This document shows, piece by piece, positions 47,645 to 55,745 of a stretch of 61,782 bases of DNA. Under the pieces are notes generated by a model. That model ran no database searches. It had not been told where the DNA came from and saw only the letters and a list, made by a program, of their open reading frames with translations. This DNA comes from a virus. Lineage: Duplodnaviria; Caudoviricetes. Position 1 is the stretch's first letter; each line of letters opens with the position of its first letter. The stretch spans positions 1 through 61,782 of IMG/VR virus record IMGVR_UViG_3300027896_002037; one strand, written 5' to 3'. The position numbers were made by a program, and so were the translations under genes.

Positions 47645-49963
47645 ATGTCAAATAAAATCGAAGAAGGAATTTTTATAAATAATTCTTATATTTATCCAAT
47701 AGCAATTCATACTAATGATAATGTTCTTGAACGAGTTGCTTTGGGCGAACCATATATTGATTCCGACATTAGATTAAGCAACGCGTTAAGTAATAATATA
47801 ATCTTACCCCCCAATTGCAGGATAGTGAGCACACGCGATAATGGTGGATATACATTTCTTTTAGAATTGCCACCGGCGATTAGAACTATCGGAATATCAG
47901 AGAGTTTGCTATCTAGCGAATACAATACATTCATTACAGAGTTTGGCGGAACATATGAAGAAATAGAAAAAATTATGGCAACTAAGTGCCTAAGCCAGAC
48001 TGAAAATGTATATTATAAGATTAGATTACAATTTCCCTGGACGATTTTCATAATTACTGTAGACCGGGGAATAGACCGGGGAGTAGACCGAGGAGTAGAC
48101 CCGGGGAACGATATCTATGAGATAAACTCTATGAAAGTATATTTTTCAAAAATTTCCATATCAACCCCAGAAGATAAAATTTTTATTCCACCATTAACAA
48201 ATATAAATTCAGATGGACGACTATGTATACCTCGCACACACGCATCATCGAGTATATGCGATTTAGTTTCTGACCAAGTAGATTTGTTTTGGGGTTCAAT
48301 ATTTAATAGAGACCTCAGTGGACACAAACTAGCATATCCAAGAACTAGTAATCTCTATAATCTTTTAAAATGGTCATTGGAATCGTTAAAAGATCCATTA
48401 TTTATCTTTAAAGAACAATTTTGCAGAGAAACATCTTTGGTAGAATCTGGGGTATTCGATGGACGCCGCCAAGACCTACCGAGTACTCTATATGCAAGGA
48501 TTGCTCATCATAGATCTAATAAGTATATATCTTCTATAACTACAGATGATGGAAAAACATATTATAGAGGAGATATCATCACTTTAAATGATAAATATTA
48601 TCGTATAGCTTATTTCCTAGGTGATGGCCGTGTAGAATTACAAGAAGAAACTGATAAAAGTGTGCGTATAGAAGAAAATATTAAAATTATTCATCAAGAA
48701 TATATAACAAAAAATGAGATAGTTAAAATTGAAGATCCTATAGAAATAGATGGAAAAGTACTAAAAACATCTCAGTTAATCAAGATTAACTTAAATGGTA
48801 ACTGCGCATTGTATATAATAGAAGATATATTTTTTGATAACCGAATCGGTTTATATAAATTTAAAGTAAGTGGTCTCTCTAAGTGGATTGTTCTATCAGA
48901 GTATATATTAAAAAATACAGTCATAATTAATAAGATCGATGTTGGAGACACTATTGCTGTAAAATCTAGAATAGACCGGGGTATAATGCATATCCTAATT
49001 GGAAAAGTTACAGAAACAGACCGGCTTAGAGTAACATTATGTGGAACAGAGACTTTCCATATTGATGATACTCGGATCGAGTCCATAGACAAATATGATG
49101 ATATTGAATCTTTAGAATTAGAATCTTCTATTGAGGAAATAACTCCCTTTAAATGGCTAGATACTGTATATTTTCCGAACGGATTGGCATTGAGATATAT
49201 CATATCTAATGATATATTATGTGATATATCAGATCTACGATATAAAAAATCCACAGATAAGATTAATATACCTTCACCATTTGCATATAAAGATTTAGAA
49301 ACTAATAAGATAATTACGTATTCAATAGGATCATTTGTTGTTTTTCCAGAGATAAATAGGAAGCAGTTCTCAGCTGGTGAAATAATAGGGTTTGAGCATG
49401 GTTCATCAAATAGTACAATATTACTAAAAACTGTTGATGGTGACATACACCGAATCAAATTTGCATATAGACTAGGTGATAACTCTTTAAAACTAAATCT
49501 TGGAATAGCTAATTCTATGACCTCTTTTAAAATAGATTTTAATAATACCTTATCTATTGGAGATAAAATTCGTCCGAAAATAGCGAATATTCCACATATG
49601 AAAAAATCGGAAGTTCTGGAAATTCGAGCAATGGTTCACACTAAAAATTGTCCAATGGAAGTATATTTATCAAATGGTAGATGTGTAGAGTTAGCAGATC
49701 TTTTAAAATATTTTGAGATATATTCAAAAGATGATGCTAAATTCAATTTAAAGAAAAATCAATTAAAGTTTAAAGAACATCCGGTCATACCGGGCGATAT
49801 TGCTATATTTGATAATAATTTGTGTCATTCCATAATAACAAAGGTATACCCAAAAAGGTATGCATTGGAAAATTCAGATATTAGGTATAATTATAATATA
49901 ATGGTAAAACCGGTTCCAACAAAGATACTCGATATTTCAGTTGAAGCGGTTAATCCTAATTAG
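47645..49963 (+). CDS. Prokaryotic E2-like (family D / PRTRC B-type) domain fused to a long beta-rich C-terminal region
   Basis: FPWTIF, PPLTNINSDGRLC (Cys codon 48224), FWGSIFN; repeated (V/I)GD.(I/V) barrel motifs downstream; start ATG 47645. Confidence 0.7.
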   Translation: MSNKIEEGIFINNSYIYPIAIHTNDNVLERVALGEPYIDSDIRLSNALSNNIILPPNCRIVSTRDNGGYTFLLELPPAIRTIGISESLLSSEYNTFITEFGGTYEEIEKIMATKCLSQTENVYYKIRLQFPWTIFIITVDRGIDRGVDRGVDPGNDIYEINSMKVYFSKISISTPEDKIFIPPLTNINSDGRLCIPRTHASSSICDLVSDQVDLFWGSIFNRDLSGHKLAYPRTSNLYNLLKWSLESLKDPLFIFKEQFCRETSLVESGVFDGRRQDLPSTLYARIAHHRSNKYISSITTDDGKTYYRGDIITLNDKYYRIAYFLGDGRVELQEETDKSVRIEENIKIIHQEYITKNEIVKIEDPIEIDGKVLKTSQLIKINLNGNCALYIIEDIFFDNRIGLYKFKVSGLSKWIVLSEYILKNTVIINKIDVGDTIAVKSRIDRGIMHILIGKVTETDRLRVTLCGTETFHIDDTRIESIDKYDDIESLELESSIEEITPFKWLDTVYFPNGLALRYIISNDILCDISDLRYKKSTDKINIPSPFAYKDLETNKIITYSIGSFVVFPEINRKQFSAGEIIGFEHGSSNSTILLKTVDGDIHRIKFAYRLGDNSLKLNLGIANSMTSFKIDFNNTLSIGDKIRPKIANIPHMKKSEVLEIRAMVHTKNCPMEVYLSNGRCVELADLLKYFEIYSKDDAKFNLKKNQLKFKEHPVIPGDIAIFDNNLCHSIITKVYPKRYALENSDIRYNYNIMVKPVPTKILDISVEAVNPN
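48059..48106 (+). repeat. 12-bp tandem repeat x4 (RTAGACCGRGGA), in frame
   Basis: gtagaccgggga/atagaccgggga/gtagaccgagga/gtagacccgggg encoding VDRG-IDRG-VDRG-VDPG. Confidence 0.9.
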
Positions 49964-49982
49964 ATTGTTCTATACCCTTTAG

Positions 49983-50026
49983 GTCAAGGGATGTCACATA
50001 ATAATTCAATGATGGCATCCCTTGAC
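49983..50026 (+). promoter_or_regulatory. Intergenic 14-bp stem-loop between E2 and JAB genes
   Basis: GTCAAGGGATGTCA / TGGCATCCCTTGAC with one U-G pair; no immediate U tract. Confidence 0.55.
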
Positions 50027-50052
50027 AAAATTTCTTGAAAAAGGAGCATTTA

Positions 50053-50973
50053 ATGTTTAAAATTGTCATAAACGATGGAAATACGACACTTCCGATAGAT
50101 AATATTTATTATCTTATTGGAAAAGATGGAATTTATATCCATAAAAAATCAGATATATTTGAGGCATGTGTAAAGGTTAAACATATTTCATTTTTAGAAC
50201 CAGTTAAATCATATGCTAAGTTAAATATTCCAAAGATACCTGAACCTTTAACAAAGCAAATGTATAGTTTCTTTTCAGAGGTATATGCTAGATTTCAATC
50301 TGAAGCGGCTATCATGATATTTTATAATAATACCACTAAAGAACATTCTTTAAAAGTTCCACAACAGGTTATATCATCAGCACACCTCGAATGTTCATAT
50401 AATATAAGCGTGCCAGGATTTCTATCAATAGGAACATGTCATAGTCATGCTGGATTTGGTGCGTTTCACTCCCCAACAGATATTAAAGATGAGAATGATT
50501 TTGACGGTTTGCATATGACATTTGGAAATTTAGATCAAGAAAATATCTCAATATCTATGGAGGTTGTCTCCAATGGATCTAGATTTAAATGTTTACCAGA
50601 AGATTATCTAGATGGTATACAGAAAATTGGTAACCTTTATAAAATCGAACTATCTGAATTTCCCGAAGAGTGGATGGCATGTGTTGAGAAGAAAGTTCAT
50701 GTGGTGCCAGATAAGTTTGATTATTTAAAAGATTTTGCGTTTGGAGATTATTTCTATCCGACGCTTCCAAAGAAATTACCAAAGTTAACGGGATCCAATA
50801 ATATTCATTGTAATAACTGCCAATTCAATAGGGTCATTGAATGTCACAAAGATGATATTGACAATGCTTCGAGAATTCAGGAATTGGATTATTATGACGA
50901 CATGGAAGCTATAATTAAAGCACATCAATATTATGATATATTGAAAGAAGACGAAGATGAGATATTGTATTAA
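50053..50973 (+). CDS. JAB/JAMM metallopeptidase (deubiquitinase-like; PRTRC A-type)
   Basis: YYLIGKDG, IPKIP, SEAA Glu, VPQQ, CHSHAGFGAFHSPTDIKDE (HxH-x7-S-xx-D); start ATG 50053. Confidence 0.88.
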   Translation: MFKIVINDGNTTLPIDNIYYLIGKDGIYIHKKSDIFEACVKVKHISFLEPVKSYAKLNIPKIPEPLTKQMYSFFSEVYARFQSEAAIMIFYNNTTKEHSLKVPQQVISSAHLECSYNISVPGFLSIGTCHSHAGFGAFHSPTDIKDENDFDGLHMTFGNLDQENISISMEVVSNGSRFKCLPEDYLDGIQKIGNLYKIELSEFPEEWMACVEKKVHVVPDKFDYLKDFAFGDYFYPTLPKKLPKLTGSNNIHCNNCQFNRVIECHKDDIDNASRIQELDYYDDMEAIIKAHQYYDILKEDEDEILY

Positions 50974-51640
50974 GATCATTGGTTTGGGCGGCATAGGTAG
51001 TTCGCTGTCAAATATTTTAAGTAGATTTGTTAATTATGATATAGAAAATGAATATATTTTCCATCTTATAGATGGTAAGGAACTTCAACCCAGAAAATTA
51101 GAACGTCAAGAATTTGAAATGGAATCTGGTAATAAGGCCGAACTTAAAAAAATGGAATTGGAGAGAAAATTTCCAAATATCCAATATGTAGAATGCCCAT
51201 TCTATTTAAATGATAGAAATGTTCATAATATTATAGAGGAAGGAGATATAATATTTCTATGCGTCGATAATCATAAATCAAGAAATTTAGCAAGTCGTTT
51301 TGTAGATACATTGGATAATAGTGTTCTTATATCGGCTGGTAATGATCTGACAGATGGTAATGCACAATTATATATTCGACAAGATGGAATTAAAATAACT
51401 CCATCTTTAACCGATTATCATCCAGAAATATCAAATTTTACAGATAAATTACCAGAAGAATTATCATGTGAAGAATTAGCATTTTCTTCTCCACAGATTT
51501 ACTTAGCTAATCTGCAGGCTGCTGTATTGATGTCTGAGATTTTTAGGATTTATAAGTTAAATAAAGAAGTTATTTCTGAATGTTATTTTGATATTGATAC
51601 AATTAATGTGAGATCAGTTACACGAAAACCAAAAAAATAA
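50957..51640 (+). CDS. ThiF/E1-like adenylating enzyme
   Basis: GLGGIGS, IDG, RQ.F, NKAE, CVDNHKSR, SAGN, SCEE (Cys codon 51467), AN. Confidence 0.88.
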   Translation: MRYCIKIIGLGGIGSSLSNILSRFVNYDIENEYIFHLIDGKELQPRKLERQEFEMESGNKAELKKMELERKFPNIQYVECPFYLNDRNVHNIIEEGDIIFLCVDNHKSRNLASRFVDTLDNSVLISAGNDLTDGNAQLYIRQDGIKITPSLTDYHPEISNFTDKLPEELSCEELAFSSPQIYLANLQAAVLMSEIFRIYKLNKEVISECYFDIDTINVRSVTRKPKK

Positions 51641-51653
51641 AGGAGAATATTTT

Positions 51654-52253
51654 ATGAAGAATTTTTATTTAAGTGAGTTGGAAGAAATGGACACAATTGA
51701 GCTTAAGGATATCATTGATCAGTTAACTGATTTTCCCAATCATCCTTCCTACGAGGACGATGCCACAGATGACCAGTTAATTCGTCTTGTAATGTACCTT
51801 CAGACGGCCATTGCAAATGGCGAAGATGTTAAGGTCATCGATGATGATGACGATGATGAGTATGATGATGATTGTGATGATGATAACGATGATGACGATT
51901 ATGATGATGATGATGATGACGAGTGCGATTGTGATGGTTGTAATGGTTGTAATACTGAAGAATCTACTACTGGTGGAATCTCATCTGCAGTAGTCACAGT
52001 TGCTACCGCTATTAATACCGAAACCGAAGAAGCCGACATTACAGTCTATGTGCAGTGTGGTGCTAATTCTGGAAACTACGCTCTGGTTGGAAAGTCCATT
52101 AAGAATGCAATGGTATTTATCGGTGAAGTTATGAATATTGGAGAACTTCGCTACCCCATGGTTAATGGTGTAGAGGTAAGTCAGGATTATATTCTTAAGA
52201 ATGGTGATAGTCTTGAATTTATTAAAATGGCTGGTGAAAAAGGACTGGCCTAA
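51654..52253 (+). CDS. Multidomain ubiquitin-like protein: helical N-domain, Asp-rich tract, C-terminal beta-grasp ending AGEKG-LA
   Basis: V.VQCG, GKSI, VNG.EV..DYILKNGDSLEF.K.AGEKG; last gene of the E2-JAB-E1 run. Confidence 0.8.
   Translation: MKNFYLSELEEMDTIELKDIIDQLTDFPNHPSYEDDATDDQLIRLVMYLQTAIANGEDVKVIDDDDDDEYDDDCDDDNDDDDYDDDDDDECDCDGCNGCNTEESTTGGISSAVVTVATAINTETEEADITVYVQCGANSGNYALVGKSIKNAMVFIGEVMNIGELRYPMVNGVEVSQDYILKNGDSLEFIKMAGEKGLA
51840..51953 (+). repeat. (GAT)n low-complexity tract encoding poly-Asp then CxCxxCxxC
   Basis: DDDDDDEYDDDCDDDNDDDDYDDDDDDECDCDGCNGCN. Confidence 0.9.
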
Positions 52254-52283
52254 TTTAAAATAACCGTTAGCTTAGATTGATTG

Positions 52284-52316
52284 AAGAAATGGGGTTAATT
52301 CCCCATTTCTTTTTTT
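52284..52316 (+). terminator. Rho-independent terminator closing the Ubl operon
   Basis: AAGAAATGGGG-TTAATT-CCCCATTTCTT followed by T run. Confidence 0.85.
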
Positions 52317-52334
52317 GTCTAATCGATATTTGTC

Positions 52335-52363
52335 TTGATTTTAGATTAACTATATGATATAAG
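52335..52363 (+). promoter_or_regulatory. sigma70-like promoter (TTGATT-17-TATAAG, TGn)
   Basis: TTGATT 52335-52340, TGA-TATAAG ending 52363. Confidence 0.5.
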
Positions 52364-52405
52364 AATTTAAAATATAATATAAGAATTTTGAAGGAGAATA
52401 TAAAT

Positions 52406-52675
52406 ATGCATCATATGATTGATAAAGCTACCGATATTTTAAAAAAATATAAGGAAAATGATCTGGTAGTAGTAACTTTTATAAAAAAAGATGGAACTCG
52501 CAGAGTTATGAAATCAACTTTAAAAATGAATTTAATACCCAATGATAAAAAACCAAAACAATTAGATCTTACTAAAATTCTTACTAAGATTAAACAGGGA
52601 ATTCTAAGTGTTTTTGATGTTGATGTGATGGAATGGCGATCTATTCCAATGGATAGAATAGAAAAGATAGAATAG
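52406..52675 (+). CDS. WYL_2 / SH3-like beta-barrel protein
   Basis: VTF.KKDGTRR.MK.TL, VFDV....WRS...DRI; start ATG 52406 after AAGGAG. Confidence 0.75.
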   Translation: MHHMIDKATDILKKYKENDLVVVTFIKKDGTRRVMKSTLKMNLIPNDKKPKQLDLTKILTKIKQGILSVFDVDVMEWRSIPMDRIEKIE

Positions 52676-52678
52676 GTC

Positions 52679-52707
52679 TTGACAGATCAAGATATGCATG
52701 CTATAAA
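52679..52707 (+). promoter_or_regulatory. sigma70-like promoter of the RNAP-2 cluster (TTGACA-17-TATAAA, TGn)
   Basis: TTGACA 52679-52684, spacer ends TGC, TATAAA 52702-52707. Confidence 0.65.
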
Positions 52708-52717
52708 AATATAAAAA

Positions 52718-52978
52718 GTGAGGGTAAGAATGTCAGAAGATATTGATGCGACAATATGCGAAAAATCAAAAGAATTAACTGAACTTATTATAAGTTCTGT
52801 CATAGAACAAACAAAATTACAAAAAGAAGATTTCATCGAAATTTTTAAAGGTGTTGAGGTTTTAGTAGATCAGAAAATTTTAGAATCTATGCAGAAACTT
52901 GAAAAAATAATAGATGAAAAAATATCAGATTCATTTGCTAAATTGGCCGAAACAATTTCTGTTCTGCTGGTTAAATAA
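52718..52978 (+). CDS. Small helical hypothetical protein
   Basis: ORF upstream of beta'-2 (true start may be the ATG four codons in). Confidence 0.55.
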   Translation: MRVRMSEDIDATICEKSKELTELIISSVIEQTKLQKEDFIEIFKGVEVLVDQKILESMQKLEKIIDEKISDSFAKLAETISVLLVK

Positions 52979-53005
52979 AAATATTTTTATAAGGAGTTGT
53001 GCTAA

Positions 53006-55729
53006 ATGCCAAAATTAGCAGATATTAATAAATTTTGCGAAGATTTGCCAGAGATCAAGACTTCACATACTATAAGTAGAAAAAAATTCCATCCACATGG
53101 ATTGTTTTCTGAACAGATTTTTGGTCCAGTAAAAAGTTTTACTTGTAAATGTAAGATAACTAATAGAAGTGGGAAGCGATGCCCAACATGTGGAATTGAA
53201 TATGTGTCATCCAAAGAACGGCGAAGAAGATTTGCTAAGATAATTTTGCCAGTTCCTGTCATAAATCCACTTTTTTATGATTTATTACATGAAAAATTTA
53301 CATCTGAATTTATTAAAAAATTAGATTTTTTCATGAAGGAAAAATACGCCTGTTTATATGTTCCATATTCCTCGAATGAAGACGTATTCATTACTGAGAA
53401 GAATGAAGATGAAAAATATCCATCTGATAGATTCAGAAGGTATACCCGACATGAGGCTATAAAAGAATTTGTTAAATGGGGAGCTGCGACACTTAATGAT
53501 GCGTACGGGAAATACATATTAGCAAATATTGATAAATTAATTTTGACAGAGATTCCGGTTATTCCACCAGATCTTAGACCGGCAATGCCAGCATCTGCCC
53601 ACAGTGATAGAGTAAAGGGTGATATCATTAATGATAATTATTCGAATATCTTAACTAAAAAAGAAGCAATGGAAAAGACAACATTGGAGATACTCCGAAA
53701 TAATGACTTATATTTTACATATTCTCGGCTTATCCAAAATGAAGTTAATATAATATATAAATATATTACGTCTAAGATGTCAAAAAAAGAAGGATTGATT
53801 AGGGGAAATATTCTTGGAAAACGTATGGACTTTTCGGGGCGTGCAGTTATTGTTCCAGACCCCACTTTAAGTATAGATCAATGCTATCTGCCATACTATA
53901 TGCTTTTAGAGTTATTTAAAATCCAAATTGCACATCAATTAATAGAAGCTGGAAAATTTAAGATTTTTAATAATGCTCTAGATTATATTTCAGAGTGTAT
54001 AGAATTAAACGACTATGCGTTATATGATATAGTAGAAAAAGTAACTAAAAATGAGGTGTGCTTACTCAATAGACAACCATCTCTTCACAGACTTGGATTA
54101 TTAGGGTTTGAGATTAAAGTGTGTAAAGGATTTACTATTGGAATCTATCCACTGATATGCGCCGGATATAATGCGGATTTTGATGGAGATCAGATGGCAG
54201 TATATCTTCCTATCTCAGAAGAAGCCAAGCAAGAAGTTCGTGAAAAGTTTTTTGCATCTAAAAATTTATATAGTCCTACAAATGCATCCTTAACGACAAT
54301 ACCATCTCAGGATATTGTTCTTGGTATATATTTATTAACTAATAATATGATTCCGGAATTAGCGGAAAATGTTGAATGTAAGGGGCATATGATAAGCGGT
54401 GGTAGAGCTATTTTTAACAATATATTGCCGAAAGATTTTGGAATAGTAGATGACGTAATCCGAAAAAAATTGCTCTATTCTATATTAGCAGAAGTTGCAC
54501 AGAAATACGATTCACATGTTGTAACAGAAATATTGGATAATATTAAAAATGTTGGATTTTATTATGCAACATATTTTGGAGTAACTCTATCATTGGATAA
54601 TTTTAAAATAGAGGGAATAGACAAATTTACCTCAGATATATATGATATGGAAACATCAAAAGAACAGTTATCTGCAATTACCAGTAAAGAGACTGAAGCT
54701 TATTTAAAAAATCACTTTAAATATTCATATCTGATAGATTCTGGTGCACGCGGAACATGGGATCAGGCCAGACAAATTGTAATGACTCGTGGATATATTT
54801 CTAACTTCAATGGACAAATTCAGGAAACTCCTATTAAGAGCAGTCTCGTAACTGGACTTTCACCCGAAGAGTTCTTTACATCAACATATGGATCTCGCAA
54901 AGGCCTATTAGATACCGCAATTAACACGGGAGTCTCTGGTTATTTATTCAGAAAATTAATTTTTGCAGCATGTAATATGGAAAAAAGTTTAGACTTAGAT
55001 GATTGCGGAACAACAGAATATTTAGACATCAAAATAGATACTGAAAAAATTGCAAAAATGTTAGAATATAGATGGTATCTTGATGAAGTTGATAATATCG
55101 AAAAAATGGTAACATCTGAAAATTATAAGAATTTGATTGGAAAGACTCTTAAATTTAGAAGTCCTGTCTACTGCAAATCAGATCAAATTTGTCATAAATG
55201 CTACGGCGGTTTATATAAACTGTTACATAGTAGATATATCGGAATCATTGCAGCACAGGGAATTGGAGAAATTGGTACGCAGTTAGTATTAAGATCATTC
55301 CATACATCAGGTGTGGCATCGACAAAGATAGAAACAATTGATTTAATGAAACAGGAAGATATCGTTGGTGATCTTACCACCGTAAATAAATTACTACATG
55401 GAAAAAGTAAGGATCTAGAAGGAGTAGCTCCATCGGAATTAGCACGACAATTATTTAAGATATATAACCAAACCAGTGAGATACACCACGTACACATGGA
55501 AGTTATTGTAGCACAAAAGATGTGGGCTGGAAGATATAAGTGGAGATTGCATCCTAAGCGGGATAATATTCCATACACATGGCATAGTATTCAGACAATA
55601 CCATCAATGGAAGGGTGGTTATTAGGATTTGGTTTTGGAAATCCTAAAAAGAATCTTTTATTGGGAATGTTGACAAAAAGTATGTATTCTGGTATATTGG
55701 ATAAAATTTTATTGGGCAAAAAACTTTAA
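53006..55729 (+). CDS. rpoC: RNA polymerase beta'-like subunit 2 (unsplit, compact)
   Basis: GLFSEQIFGP, CKC...CPTC Zn ribbon, VIPPDLRP, LGKRMDFSGRAVI, NRQPSLH, YNADFDGDQMAV, TG.SGYL.RKL, GE.GTQL.LRSFHTSG, HMEVIVAQ. Confidence 0.95.
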   Translation: MPKLADINKFCEDLPEIKTSHTISRKKFHPHGLFSEQIFGPVKSFTCKCKITNRSGKRCPTCGIEYVSSKERRRRFAKIILPVPVINPLFYDLLHEKFTSEFIKKLDFFMKEKYACLYVPYSSNEDVFITEKNEDEKYPSDRFRRYTRHEAIKEFVKWGAATLNDAYGKYILANIDKLILTEIPVIPPDLRPAMPASAHSDRVKGDIINDNYSNILTKKEAMEKTTLEILRNNDLYFTYSRLIQNEVNIIYKYITSKMSKKEGLIRGNILGKRMDFSGRAVIVPDPTLSIDQCYLPYYMLLELFKIQIAHQLIEAGKFKIFNNALDYISECIELNDYALYDIVEKVTKNEVCLLNRQPSLHRLGLLGFEIKVCKGFTIGIYPLICAGYNADFDGDQMAVYLPISEEAKQEVREKFFASKNLYSPTNASLTTIPSQDIVLGIYLLTNNMIPELAENVECKGHMISGGRAIFNNILPKDFGIVDDVIRKKLLYSILAEVAQKYDSHVVTEILDNIKNVGFYYATYFGVTLSLDNFKIEGIDKFTSDIYDMETSKEQLSAITSKETEAYLKNHFKYSYLIDSGARGTWDQARQIVMTRGYISNFNGQIQETPIKSSLVTGLSPEEFFTSTYGSRKGLLDTAINTGVSGYLFRKLIFAACNMEKSLDLDDCGTTEYLDIKIDTEKIAKMLEYRWYLDEVDNIEKMVTSENYKNLIGKTLKFRSPVYCKSDQICHKCYGGLYKLLHSRYIGIIAAQGIGEIGTQLVLRSFHTSGVASTKIETIDLMKQEDIVGDLTTVNKLLHGKSKDLEGVAPSELARQLFKIYNQTSEIHHVHMEVIVAQKMWAGRYKWRLHPKRDNIPYTWHSIQTIPSMEGWLLGFGFGNPKKNLLLGMLTKSMYSGILDKILLGKKL

Positions 55730-55745
55730 TACTTAGGAGTGTGCA

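Noticed and set aside
48059-48106. Tandem repeat as a mini CRISPR array or DGR repeat
   Set aside because: Units are 12 bp, contiguous, in frame and without spacers; no reverse transcriptase in the window
51811-51993. Poly-Met ORF
   Set aside because: Off-frame reading of the (GAT)n poly-Asp tract in the Ubl gene
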